From Eledone cirrhosa (taxonomy: Eukaryota), in contig OZ024741.1 of assembly GCA_964016885.1 (NCBI GenBank), forward strand, positions 174,158,001-174,222,000: DNA of 64,000 nucleotides. The letters are read 5' to 3'. The position numbers and the translations under genes were made by a program. The notes beneath the pieces were generated by a model. It ran no database searches and was not told where the DNA came from. It was given only the letters and a program-made list of their open reading frames with translations. This document shows, one piece after another, positions 26,365 through 42,192 of the stretch (position 1 is its first letter; each line of letters begins with the position of its first letter).

Positions 26365-26372
<8 letters not shown>
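26024..26372. repeat. Fold-back with ~155-bp perfect inverted arms (26024-26178 / 26218-26372) in (TA)n
   Basis: Arms read directly; the inner ends carry a hammerhead-like gcattt-ag-aaatgc-GCAA-ccgg-TA. Confidence 0.9.
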
Positions 26373-26418
<46 letters not shown>

Positions 26419-26466
26419 TATAATATATATATATTATATATATATATATTATATATATATATATTA

Positions 26467-26532
<66 letters not shown>

Positions 26533-26533
<1 letters not shown>

Positions 26534-26682
26534 TAAAATAACAGATTAAAGTTTAAGCAAAGAATCGCTGCTTTCACTCTTAACGGGATCTTCTGAAACT
26601 GCTCTACGGTTCTTATATATTTGATATATATTTATCCTTATTGAGCCCTCCGAATTTTAGTCTTCAAATTTATTATTATTAC
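26533..26682. mobile_element. Solo pseudo-LTR remnant of the Naiad-type family at 32049-35348
   Basis: 26533-26600 matches 32049-32116, and 26600-26682 matches the tail 35263-35348; (TA)n flanks. Confidence 0.85.
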
Positions 26683-26702
26683 TATATATATATATATATA
26701 TA

Positions 26703-27335
26703 TGCCCTCTTCTTAGTTAGTCAGATGCCCTCTTCTTAGTTAGACAGATGCCCTCTTCTTAGTTAGACAACTACAAGAGAGGTTCTTAGAGAAGAATAAG
26801 CCACTATACTTAGCTTTTGTTGACCTAGAGAAGGCCTTTGATAGGGTACCCCGATCTGTCATCTGGTGGTCCCTAAGGAAACTAGGTGCATAGGAATGGC
26901 TTGTGAGGAAAGTGCAAGCTGTGTACAGAGGTGCTGTCAGTAAAGTGAGAGTAGGAATGGAGTTTAGTGAGGAATTCCAGATACAAGTAGGTGTACATTA
27001 GGGTTTGGTCCTTAGCCCGCTCTTGTTCATTATAGTCCTCCAAGCCATAACAGAGGAGTTTAAGACTGGCTGACCATCTGGTTCTTATAGCAGAATCAGT
27101 AGAGGAGCTAGAGAATAAATTCTGGCTATGGAAACAACAGTTGGAATCAAGAGGACTGAGAGTGAACATAGCTAAGACAAAAGTGTTGATGAGTAGAAAA
27201 GAGGACAAAACTCTGATTCCATCAGGGAAATGGCCATGTTCGATATGTAGAAAAGGAACTAGCATAAATTCTATAAAATGTACACAATGCAGATCTTGGA
27301 TACACAAGAGTTGTAGCTTGACTGCTGACGACACC
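26703..27335 (+). mobile_element. RTE LINE internal fragment (RT and PHD start), degraded
   Basis: ALFLVRQLQE..FVDLEKAFDRVP..GLRVNIAKTKVL..WPCSICRKG; a 23-bp triplication sits at its 5' junction. Confidence 0.9.
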
Positions 27336-27480
27336 TAAGATCAATGTTGTCGCTGGAAACTTTGTCTGCATGACTCTGGGCACATCTTTGGATGAGACAG
27401 CGAGCCACCTGTTGTTCTGGGAGTTGATCTTCTGCTCTTATTTGTCCTCCCGATGCGGATTCCAAGAAAAACAAATTTGG
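27336..27480 (-). mobile_element. Tc1/mariner-superfamily transposase remnant
   Basis: Minus strand reads KINSQNNRWLAVSSKDVPRVMQTKFPA..ILG, typical of the segment after the first catalytic D in DD37D-like transposases (recalled motif). Confidence 0.5.
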
Positions 27481-27598
27481 AGGTTCAAAATTATTCATAA
27501 TCAATTATTCTGAAAATAAATAATTGAAATATAGTCACTGTTTTTATGAAGACAAGAGTGACAACAGAAGTAAAAAGAATTTGCATAAAATTAGCAGC

Positions 27599-27665
<67 letters not shown>

Positions 27666-27991
27666 TACATGTACTATTTGACAAGAAAATTTTAAAATGT
27701 TGTTTCAAAACATAATATTATCCTTCTTGTCTGCAAAATCTCTTTTAAATTCCACTTTCTTCACAGGTATCTGTGCCACATTCATATTTTAACTCATTTC
27801 ATACCAACCTGGCCAAAAATGACTTTGGTTCTATGAAACAAAGCCACCCATTTGAAAGTTTAGATTTTCGAACATAATTTTATATAAGAAGCATATGTTA
27901 AATTACCATCTTGATAATGAAATAATTAATAATTTTTTTAAATCTCCCAAAATTCTTCATAAATTAAAAAATACACTCACAAAGGGGTTAA

Positions 27992-28359
27992 CCCTTTAGC
28001 ATTTAAACCAGCCATATCCAGCCAGAAATCTCTCACCTCTTTTTGTTCAAACAAACTGTAATGGCCACTCATACTTATGTTATGGTATTGTTCTCAAAAT
28101 AAATAATATCAAAATCTCATAGATTCAATATTATGTGAGATAATTATGTGAGGTAGAGCCTTTACTATGAAAATATAATAGTATATATATAGAGTAATCA
28201 TCATCATCATCATCATCGTTTAACATCTATCTTCCACGTCTATCTTCCACGTCTATCTTCCACGCTAGCATGGGTTTAGATGGGAATTGCCCCACTTGAG
28301 GCAAGATTGGTCGGATGACCATGTCTCGCTCATATAGGACCGTCATAAATGCTAAAGGG
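27992..28359 (+). mobile_element. piggyBac-type MITE with a nested RTE 3' tail (28196-28345)
   Basis: TTAA-ccctttagcattta ... taaatgctaaaggg-TTAA: 14-bp TIRs with a TTAA duplication. Confidence 0.8.
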
Positions 28360-28629
28360 TTAAACAATGTGGAAATGTTAGGTAGATTGGAAAGAAGATG
28401 AAATTGTCATATAGAAGAAAAGATGACCTACATATGAGGATCTGTTGGAATTAGAACCCACATGTCTTTGTTGATACTTCAGTACAATCACCACTTATAT
28501 TGAGTGTCCTCAGTTCTCCACCATACCTTTTCCCTACCTCCCAGTATCCACTCATCATATTATTGATTTACAATAAATAGTCGTCTTCTAATGTTTACCC
28601 AAACAAATCTCATCTCTTATCTATTTCAG

Positions 28630-28698
28630 GATATCAAAAATGTTTTGTACAACTGTCCAGAGTCTTCTGAACCAAATAGTTGCAACATATGCAAATAA
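28630..28698 (+). CDS. SPEF2: Terminal coding exon of a SPEF2-like gene (DIKNVLYNCPESSEPNSCNICK*)
   Basis: ctatttcag acceptor, phase 0, stop TAA at 28696-28698, AATAAA at 28806. DIK.(V/I)L follows the HPFIQD exon as in SPEF2. Confidence 0.6.
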   Translation, partial: DIKNVLYNCPESSEPNSCNICK

Positions 28699-29038
28699 CT
28701 TCTTCAAAACATATTTATATTCCTGTATTCTTGTTATATATTCTTGTATTCCTGTTTTGTATTCCTGTAATTTTTGTTTCACTGTTGAATCAAATAGAAT
28801 TGTTGAATAAAATCTTAACTGATTTTGTGTTAAAATCTTCTGCAGACTTTCTTTTTTTTATGATACTGTTGCACAATTATTATGGTTATGTATACATGTG
28901 TGTACATTGAAGTTGGAGTTTTAAATACTAGTGTACATAAAATGCTGAAACTCTAACTAAATGAGCATTCAATACATGTGAGCAAAGTGTAAAATATACT
29001 TTCTGAAGAAAAAAGTAATAATAACTTTGAAGTTTCAA

Positions 29039-29110
<72 letters not shown>

Positions 29111-29118
<8 letters not shown>

Positions 29119-30419
29119 GAATTCTACAGAACTAAAACTGTTTCATTTGTATGAAATCATCAAGAAACAGTTCTAGTCCTAGTCCTGTAGAAGTTGTTTC
29201 CAACACCACTCAGGAAACTATATGTATATATATATATATTTCGTTTCTGAATTTGTTTAGCAAGATTCTTTATCTGAAAACGTGTGTTGAAACCGATATT
29301 GTTATGCTTTGGGAGGGTCAGGTTGCCAATAAGAAACACACGCACCAGTTGCTTTCACACCAATTTATTATAAGTTAAATTTATAAATTTAAGAATTTAT
29401 AAATTTCCGGTTGGTTGGTTCCATAACCAGACGATTGTTCATATATTGTCAAAGTTCTTTCGTCACACATTCTGTGACCTCTTCAGTGACTGGGGATTCT
29501 TTTCTTTGTTTTTGTGCCTCTCCTTTGTTCTGTCCTATGCCATCTTGTTTTTGTGTGTGTTGTGTGCTTAGTTTGCGCATGTGTTACATCCGGGTGTCTG
29601 TGTGTGTTTATATTTGTTTATTTATTTGTTTATTTACATGTTACTGGTTAGTTGTTTATTCTATGTGTGTGTGTGTGTTTTCATTTTGTCCTTAATTGTA
29701 AGTTGTGATGTTGCTATTCCATTCATGTTTTCTATTTAATTTTGGTTGGAGTTCATTTATGTTTATTGCCTCTGTGATTTGTCTAAACATTGCATCTTTT
29801 CTGTGTGTACATTCTATTTTTATTTCTATGTTCTCTAATTTAGTAAAGAATCATCTGTACCCCACCAACACGCTAAAATAGAACATAAGGGTAAATTAGT
29901 GAACATAGAAATAAAAATAGAATCTACACACAGAAAAGACGCAATGTTTAGACAAATCACAGAGGCAATAAACATAAATGAACTTCAACCAAAATTAAAT
30001 AGAAAAATGAATGGAATAGCAACATCACAACTTACAATTAAGGACAAAATGAAAACACACACACACATAGAACAAACAACCAACCAATAACATGTAAATA
30101 AACAAATAAATAAACAAATATAAACACACACAGACACCCGGATGTAACACATGCGCAAACTAAGCACACAACACACACAAAAACAAGATGGCGTAGGACA
30201 GAACAAAGGAGAGACACAAAAACAAAGAAAAGAATCCCCAGTCACTGAAGAGGTCACAGCATGTGTGATGAAAGAACTTTGACAATATATGAACAATCGT
30301 CTGGTTGTGGAACCAACCAACCAACCGGAAATTTATAAATTTAATTTATAATAAATTGGAGTGAAAGCAACTGGTGCGTGTGTTTCTTATTGGCAACATG
30401 ACCCTCCCAAAGAATAACA

Positions 30420-30422
<3 letters not shown>
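29111..30422. mobile_element. Severely truncated Penelope-like element forming a ~540-bp inverted repeat (29298-29842 / 29892-30422)
   Basis: The arms include a GIY-YIG C-terminus (RQITEAINI..QPKLNRK.EW) and 3' UTR. A hammerhead-like motif lies at 29121-29192 (minus). Confidence 0.75.
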
Positions 30423-30497
<75 letters not shown>

Positions 30498-30504
30498 ATG
30501 TGTG

Positions 30505-30640
30505 AAGGCGCGTGTCTGAGTGGTTATAGAATTGGATTCGCAATCGTCAGGCTGTGAGTTTGATTCTTGGACTGGGTGATGCATTATGTCCTTGAGCAAG
30601 ACACTTTATTTCATGTTGCTCCTTCTACCTGTAAATGCAA
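30505..30640 (+). mobile_element. tRNA-headed SINE 5' fragment
   Basis: A-box-like gtctgagtgg, B-box-like gagtttgattc, core gtccttgagcaagacacttt. Confidence 0.7.
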
Positions 30641-30723
30641 CCAATAGATAGTATTAGCAATTGGATAGACCAACAGAAACATTGTTTCCTTGGTCAAATT
30701 TGATGAAAGTTGATTGACTGTCA

Positions 30724-30761
<38 letters not shown>

Positions 30762-31140
30762 ACAAGATGGAATAACTTAAACAAAATCAAAATCAAGAGC
30801 AGACACATTGGAGCAAGAATAATCAAATAGAATGTCACAGAATGTGTAATGAAAGAGCTTTGATAACCATGTGGTTACTCAACTAATTGAGGAATGGATT
30901 AGTTATCTAACTAATAATAAACTGAAGTAAAACTTAACTTATGTATGCAGTTTTATTGGCAGCCTGACCCTCTCAAAGTAATATATATATGTGTGTATAT
31001 ATATCATCATCATCATCATCGTTTAACGTCTATCTTCGATGATGATGATGATATATACACATACATATATATATTACTTTGAGAGGGTCAATAAAAATGC
31101 ATATATAAGTTAAGTTTAGTAACCAGATATATAAATATAC

Positions 31141-31200
<60 letters not shown>

Positions 31201-31204
<4 letters not shown>

Positions 31205-31385
31205 TTAATATAGATGAGATTCTACAGGACTAGAACTGTTTCATTCTTTAGAAATCATCTGATGATTTCTAAAGAATGAAACAGTTCTAGTCCTGTAGAA
31301 TCTCATCTATATTAAAACTTTTATACTCTGCAATGTATTGAGTACCTTACTTACTGTGGTTACCTCCGATTCAACCCGGAATAAC

Positions 31386-31390
<5 letters not shown>
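31201..31390 (+). mobile_element. Fold-back mini-element: perfect ~119-bp hairpin centred on a hammerhead CTGATGA box
   Basis: Arms 31201-31259 / 31261-31319. Right arm reads CTGATGA-tttctaaagaat-GAAA-cagttctag-TC-ctgtagaa; ttgagtac at 31338. Confidence 0.75.
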
Positions 31391-31425
<35 letters not shown>

Positions 31426-31560
31426 TAGTTAAACAAGATTCAATGAGTATGTCAAAGAATGACTTTTACAGTAGATTGGAAGCACTCTACGGAAAATAAT
31501 TTTCCAGAGTTATTAATATTAAAATACAAATATTAATAAAATAGATGTTCTTTTGATCAA

Positions 31561-31621
31561 TTACATTTTATTATACATATTTCGGATGTACGACTGTACG
31601 TCCTCATCAGACAAAATATAA
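31561..31621 (-). ncRNA. Type I hammerhead ribozyme in a solo pseudo-LTR (~31421-32035)
   Basis: Minus strand ttatattttgt-CTGATGA-ggacgtac-agtc-gtacatcc-GAAA-tatgta-TA-ataaaatgtaa: 11-bp stem I with G-U pairs. Confidence 0.85.
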
Positions 31622-32048
31622 TGATACATGACATACCCTGAGATGTTAAATGGTTAAGATTTAATCAAGGTAGTGATTAACCCAAGAAAAATTTAACATT
31701 TATACCCTAATAATGAGAAAATGCAAAAATGTAATAAAATCAACAGAGAAAGTGCGAGTAAGAAAAATGTTGCTTAATGGAACAGTTAAATAGATATTAA
31801 GATGTATGATACTATAATTTTTGAATAAAGGGGGGTAATAAGCTGAAGGAGTTTTATTTTTGCCGAAAGTTAAACGGTTAATTTTGAAAATATTTAATGT
31901 ATGTACTATAGAGTGAAGGTTCGAGATATTGGCTATTTTTAAATTAAAAAAATTGCTGGTTATTTATATATTAGTTTTATAAATTCTATAAGTGTGTTAA
32001 CATTTCAAAGCTTCTGAATTTCATGTGGGTAACATTTATATATATATA

Positions 32049-35470
<3,422 letters not shown>

Positions 35471-35698
35471 ATTTTAATAAGATTTTCTCATAGAATAACT
35501 GCAAAATAGTTTTATAAAGAAATTTATAGTACCGGTTTTAGTCAATAAATATTTTGACTTCTTCATGCTACAGGAAATATGACAAAAAGTATATATATAT
35601 AATTAGTCACAACAGTTGTAACTAATTATACTTAACTCATCCTATGGGCTGAGTGCTCTATACTCTTGGATAATTATATGAAATTTGTACTACAGTAG

Positions 35699-35750
<52 letters not shown>

Positions 35751-35759
35751 ATGTATGTA

Positions 35760-36830
35760 AAACCGTCGTCATGTACCAATCTGCCCCTGGTAAGCAGTAC
35801 AGTGAACCAAATATCTATGTGTATGGTAAACGACTTGGAGTGGTTGATTAGTTTGTCTACCTGGGAAACACTGTCAATCGATACAGCAACATTGATAATG
35901 AAATCCCACTCAGGATTAGGAAAGCAAGTGATGCTTTCAGAAAGCTAGAAAGGCGACTCTGGGGTCGGCGAGACATATGCAAGAAGACAAATGTAAAGGT
36001 GTAAAAGGCATGTGTGCTCTCTTCTCTTCTTTATGCCTGCGAGACCTGGGTCACATATCAACACCACCTTAAGAAATTGGAGCGTTTTCATCAGATGTGT
36101 CTCAGACGGAACCATGGCGTTCACTGGAGGGACCACATCAGTGATGTCGAGATTTTGGAAAGCTCTCTGTGTGACAGTATAGGAGCTCTTGTGCTTAAGC
36201 AAAGACTCCGTTGGAGTGGTCACCTTGCCAGGATGAAGGATTCTAGAATACCAAAACAACTTTTTTATGGAGAGTTAGTTAAAGGAAAACGACCTCCACA
36301 TAAACCAAAACAGAGGTATAAGGATTCCTTGAAAACCTCTTTGAAAGACGCTAACATCTCTGCTGATACATGGGAAAATGTTGCTGCTGATCGTAATAAA
36401 TGGAGAAAGACTGTATATGAGGGGAAAGTTGCCTTTGAGGCATCTCGAATCGCATACGAGAAAGTAAAGCAGGATGTGAGAAAGGGCATTACTGTTGCAT
36501 TTCAGATGGCAAAGGTCCTCCTATGGCGCTGACATGCAGCGTCTGTACGAGACTCTGCCTAAGCAAAGCTGGACTCGAAAGTCATCTTCGCAGTCATAAA
36601 GTGAGACCAGTGATTGACTACCAGGCTGCTGTTGGAGATGTTACTCATCATGCTTGCCAAGTGGTAGAGAATGTAAATCAGCAGGAGGGCTCAAACGACA
36701 TGCAAAAGTACATGAACTTCAACCACAGACGACTATTCCCAGTGAATGTTTTGGTTGCCGACTCTGTGCAAGACATTTTAGATCATTGGCTGGGCTAAAA
36801 AGCCACATTCGATCGCAGCGCTGTTAATTG
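35760..36830 (+). mobile_element. RTE (BovB-like) LINE 3' fragment with three C2H2-like fingers
   Basis: FVYLG, LLYACETW, LERFHQMCLR, LRWSGHLARM..RIPKQLFYGEL..GKRP, followed by CxxC-x12-HxxxH repeats. Confidence 0.9.
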
Positions 36831-36834
36831 CTAT

Positions 36835-36960
<126 letters not shown>

Positions 36961-37060
36961 TAGATATGTTTATGTGTGTGTGTGTATATATATATATATA
37001 TGTGTATATTATTATTGTTGTTGTTGTTGTCATTATTATTGTTGTTATTATTATTATTAT

Positions 37061-37579
37061 TCTGAGTTCAAATCCCGCCGAGGTTAACTTTGCCTTTCAT
37101 CCTTACGGGGGTGATAAAATAAAGTACCAGTAATACACTGATAATTGCTGGCCTTGTGCCAAAAGTAGAAACAATTATTATTATTATGGTTTTTTTTTCT
37201 CGTGCAATGGCCATACTCGATAACGAGGGGGCAGCCAATTTGTATGTATGTATGATGATGTGATCTTTTCTTCTTTTCAGGTTATAGCTACTGTCGCTCA
37301 GAGAGTGGGATTGGCTCAGTGCACAGTCTTTCCTCACTTTAAAAAATATCTTCACGCACAGGCATTGCACGATAGAATTAATTAATAATTATTAATAATT
37401 GTTTCTACGTTAGGCACAAGGCCAGCAATTACCCAGTGCATCACTGGTACTTCATTTTATCGACCCCGTAAGGATGAAAGGCAAAGTTAACCTCGGCGGG
37501 ATTTGAACTCAGAATGGCAAGGGCCGTAACTCTATACGTCAAAGCATGGCGTCCGACCCTCTCCCAATACTGCCAATCC

Positions 37580-37582
<3 letters not shown>
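37061..37582. mobile_element. Inverted pair of SINE family B copies (37061-37175 +, 37400-37582 -) enclosing another repeat
   Basis: tctgagttcaaatcccgccgaggttaactttgcctttcatccttacgggg is present on both strands. Confidence 0.8.
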
Positions 37583-37626
<44 letters not shown>

Positions 37627-37936
37627 CTTAAAATGCAGTGGGAATACGAAGAAAGCAAGAAGAGGTGGGGGGGGGGGGGGGTTGCTCATCAGTTGTCTAC
37701 TGGGGGTCTAGGATATTTCTACGCTTTAAAGATAAGCTACCACTTCACTCCAGGGCATCAATAACTGGATAAGTTATTGGAAAAACGAAGGAAGGGGGGA
37801 AGGAAAGCAAAGGGGAAGAAAAGAGAAACAGTAACAAAACAGCGAAAAAAAACACAAACCAAGCAATGTGCGAGCAACTATACGTAGGAAATCTAAGACC
37901 ACTCGATAATAGAACTTAAGTTCAAGACCGAGTAAT

Positions 37937-37974
<38 letters not shown>

Positions 37975-38130
37975 GAGGAAAGACTGTGCACTGAGCCAAT
38001 CCCACTCTCTGAGCGACAGTAGCTATAACCTGAAAAGAAGAAAAGATCACATCATCATACATACATACAAATTGGCTGCCCCCTCGTTATCGAGTATGGC
38101 CATTGCACGAGAAAAAAAAACCATAATCAT
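37180..38130. repeat. Local inverted duplication (37180-37340 / 37971-38130)
   Basis: Near-identical ~160 bp including the junction with flanking (aat)n. Confidence 0.85.
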
Positions 38131-38131
38131 A

Positions 38132-38173
<42 letters not shown>

Positions 38174-38659
38174 TATGATGAAGATCATCATCATTTTAAC
38201 GTCTGCTTTCTCTGCTAGCAAGGGTTGGATAGGTCTACATAGACCAAGTCAGTACTGAAGTGGGACTGCTGATCTCCCAGAGCGGCCAGGGATCTGCATC
38301 TCGCTTATGTAAGGTTTCAAGTTCTACCGAGTGCACAGGAGAGGTTGTCATGTCTTTTACACAGCTGAGGGTCCTCCCAACCCTTTGTTTGGTCAGCGTT
38401 CTATGGTTGGATGCCCTTCCTAACACCAACCATTTTACAGTGTGTACTGGGTACATTTATCCTGTAGATCACCAACACTAGGGAACTTGTCATTTCCTTG
38501 ACACTACTGAAGGGTCCTCCCAACCCTTTTTTTGGTATGTTGACTGTTTAACTCTCTTTCTTTTTAGCATGACATTAATAAGACTTTATGTTAATGCATA
38601 TCCATGTTTGTTTTGTTTGCTTAATTCTTGTATTCTTAGTTTATATATATATATATATC

Positions 38660-39065
38660 AATATATACTACACCTCTCAAAGTCAATGACACACGACCGT
38701 GACTTCTGGCGTCACGCAGTAATACAGGGTACCCGACCTCCCATGGGTACATGCTGAAGCATATAAACAATATGCCCCCACTCCCCCCACCGCAAGGTGG
38801 TCGTGGAGGTGCCACGGCAAAAAAGCACCCAGCCCACACTGTAAAGTGGACGTGTAGGCGCCACGAAAAAGCACCCAGCACTCACTGTAAATGAGGTTGG
38901 TGTTAGGAAGGGCATCCAGCTGTAGAAATCAAGCCAGATCAGTTCCTGTATGAGCAAGGCATGGTCAGCCGACCAGACACTGCCCACAACAGGACAACCC
39001 GTCTAACCCATGCTAGCGTGGAAGAACGGACGTAAAACGGTGATGATGATGATGATGATGATGAT
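38660..39065 (+). mobile_element. RTE LINE 3' end with (gat)n tail
   Basis: MTHDRDFWRHAV C-terminus and 3' UTR matching 50603-50880 in reverse complement. Confidence 0.85.
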
Positions 39066-39262
39066 ATATATATATCAAAATGTAGTAACAGAGTTAGAAA
39101 CTTGTGTTAGTCCCTGTAATTCATGAGCTCAAAGAGTAGAGAATCCTAGGCTCTTCAAATACTATATGTATCTGTATATATATATATATATATAACCCAT
39201 GTTAGCGTGGAAGATGGACATTAAACGATGATGATGATGATGATGATGATGATATATATATA

Positions 39263-39577
39263 TATGGCTTTGTGGTTAGAGCATCATTCGGTTCATGATT
39301 GTAGGTTGTGAGTTCAATTCCTGGCGGCACGCTGTCCTTGAGCAAGGTACTTTATTTCACATTGCCCCAGTCCACTCAGCTGGTTAAAATGAGTTGTACC
39401 TGAAATTTGAAGGGCCAGCGTTGTCACATTCTGTGTCACACTGAATCTCTCTGAGAACTACATTGAAAGTACGTGTTTGTGGAATGCTCAGCCACTTGCA
39501 CGTTAATTTCAGGAACAGGCTGTTCTGTTGATCATATCAACAGGAATACTCATCGCCATAACCGACAGTGTGCCACT
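39263..39577 (+). mobile_element. tRNA-headed SINE, second body type
   Basis: A box tggctttgtgg, B box gagttcaattc, core gtccttgagcaagg; 3' part differs from family A. Confidence 0.75.
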
Positions 39578-39599
39578 ACTATGTATGTATGTGTGTATG

Positions 39600-39945
39600 T
39601 AGGACCCCTAGCCTTTGTCAGGGCATTTTTCTAGGAGAAGGCAACTCAGGAAACTGGGATAACTCCGATATAAAACCTGCGGCTCAGTAGTTACCGATGA
39701 TGTTGATCTTTTCTTCTTTTCGGGTTATAGCTACTGTCGCTCAGGGAGTGGGATTGGCTCAGTGCACAGTCTTTCCTCACTTTAAAAAATATCTTCAGGC
39801 ACAGGCATTGCACGATGGAATTAATTAATAATTATTAATAATGGTATATCGTGCAATGGCCATACTCGATAACGAGGGGGCAGCCATCATGTATGTATGT
39901 ATGTATGTATGTATGTATGTATGTATGTATGTATGTATGTATGAA
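39600..39945 (+). mobile_element. Non-autonomous repeat with (tgta)n tail, possibly RTE-derived
   Basis: ctaggagaaggcaactc resembles RTE 5' UTR motifs (recalled). The body matches 37200-37385. Confidence 0.5.
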
Positions 39946-40744
39946 TGTATGTGTGTAGGTATGTAGGTATATATGTATGTATGTAGGTATGTAGGTATAT
40001 ATGTATGTATGTAGGTATGTAGGTATATATGTATGTATGTACGTGCGTATGTATGTTTCAGTGATTGAAAAACATTTCTTCTCCAAAAGTTTTTTATTAT
40101 ATTGATATTATCTACTTGTTATTTGTATATTTGTCTTTGTATTTCCAATAGAACTTTCAGTCATCTTCATATCTACTTTTAGCTATTTTAGAAATTTTTT
40201 ATTTTTGTTCCTGTATTTATCTACAAACCTTGAAAATAAACTTGAACTCTTGACACAGGAAACGCCACCTAAATCTACACACATACACACACACCTCAGA
40301 ACAACAAAATGCCCTATGGGCCTTTATTCTGAATAGAAAAGGAACTTTCTATTTAAATGAGTAGAATTTTCTAGTAAATCGATTGAATCCTGATCTCTTG
40401 AACCTCACCTCCACCTTCACTACTCCACTTTCATAAATAACAGTTATATAAGAAGAGATTTTGAGAGAAAACTCTCATATGTTCTAACTGCCCACAGAAT
40501 ATAAGAACAAACTTTTTTAATATCTGATAAGATTGCTATACCAACCTAGTAATATTTGATAAAACTTAAATTAATTTAATGAAACAATTATAAGAATATT
40601 TATTCTGTCGAATTAAAGAAAAAAAAAGAATTGTTAAATATACAATATACTTCTGAGATTTTCCACTTTTACTTTTTACCCATAATCTTCGATTTGCATG
40701 GAACTTTACCCCCTTTTTCAACTATATATATATATATATATATA

Positions 40745-40940
40745 TAGGAACGAGTAGGACCCCGACGGCTGAGCTCAAGCCGTTTCGACGGCTAATTCTG
40801 TCCAGAATTAGCCTTCGAAACGGCTTGAGCTCAGCCGTCGGGGTCCTACTCATTCCTATTACCCACTCTACTACCCTAAGTATTGAGTACTTTGGTGCGT
40901 TATGGTCCACCTGGTTCCTTACCACATTTCCTCCGTTATA
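40745..40940 (+). mobile_element. Fold-back mini-element with a hammerhead 3' half (same family as 19850-19990)
   Basis: Arms 40745-40800 / 40803-40858. Reads cagaattagccttc-GAAA-cggc-ttgagctca-gccg-TC-ggggtcc; (TA)n flanks. Confidence 0.8.
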
Positions 40941-41107
40941 TATATATATATATATATAAACCCATGCAAGCGTGGAACACGGACGGTAAACGTTGATAAT
41001 GATGATGATGATGATGATATGCAAAAAGCAAACAGAACTAACAAAGCAAATGACACAGTACAATGAAGAAATATAGTTTTAGTTTTACACTTGATATAGT
41101 TGGAAAA

Positions 41108-41148
41108 GAGTCTGAACGTTTCAGGTGCTAGTCTTTCATCAGAAAATA
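41108..41148 (-). ncRNA. Degenerate hammerhead motif
   Basis: Minus strand CTGATGA-aagactagcacct-GAAA-cgt-TC, but stems I and II pair poorly. Confidence 0.3.
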
Positions 41149-42192
41149 GAATGAGAAATTAAAGAAGAAATTAGAAAGATTGAGAAGAGTGGGTAGTGGC
41201 AGAAACGGGGAAAAAAGATTCTAGAGAAAAACAGGTCTATTTGCGTTGCTATCTCTTGGAAAACTGTTGATGCTGGCATTTTGTTTAAGATGATCTTGAT
41301 TTAAAAGGTGGTGATCAAACACATTTAGCTGAAAAGGAGTGTGACAAACCTAAAGATATGTTATGTCGACAGAGTGGATAATCTTTTACTTTCCCTCATA
41401 TATATATATATATATATATTTGTTCCTGTGTGTATCCTTGTTGATAGAATGGATACACTAAATCCTTCGGTATCATAAGAGGTGACTAAAAGGGTTTGCA
41501 TTAGGAAGAGCATCCGACTGTTAACTGTTGCCTCAAAATGTCTCAGCCAACACTAACCAGCATGGAAAAGTGGACATAAAAGCAAAGTTGAAACAACTGT
41601 AACACTCATCATCAAAGCCAAGAGAAGTACATTTATTTCCCTTGACTTTTGAAGATAAAATCAGTTTTAGTAATGTAGACAGATACCTGAAGACATTTGA
41701 TTCAGAGTTTGATTGTGTAAAACTATTCCATGGAAATAGTAAACAGAGGTATTGTTGATTGAGTAAGGTGATGTGCAGAGAAATATGTAAATTTGACCTA
41801 AAGTTCATAAGTGGATAATTTAGCTTCACAGGTAATGATATTAAGAAATTCATTTTGCAACCACAAGGTTCTGAATTCAGTCAAATTATGCAGCCCCTTG
41901 GGAGAGTATCTTTTATATTTTCAGGTTGGCCAATTACTTGTGAGTTGAGTTTGGTAAACAGAAACTGCAGAAACCCACTGTGTTCCTGTTTTGTGGCATT
42001 GTCTCATAAGCTTCTTTCCAGCAGCTTGTTTTGGCCATTGTGTAACCTGGGCTCAATATGATCCAATCCCAATCTTGTGCATGAAATTGCATCACCCAGA
42101 GAGTGAATGGCAAGGAAGACAGATGCTGTTGTTCATTTCTCCCACGTGTTTGTTTTGTATTTTTTTTGTATGCAATTTTGCTATATGTGTAT

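Noticed and set aside
37640-37700. Hammerhead on the minus strand (ctgatga-gcaa...ttgc)
   Set aside because: No GAAA box or cleavage triplet after the putative stem II.
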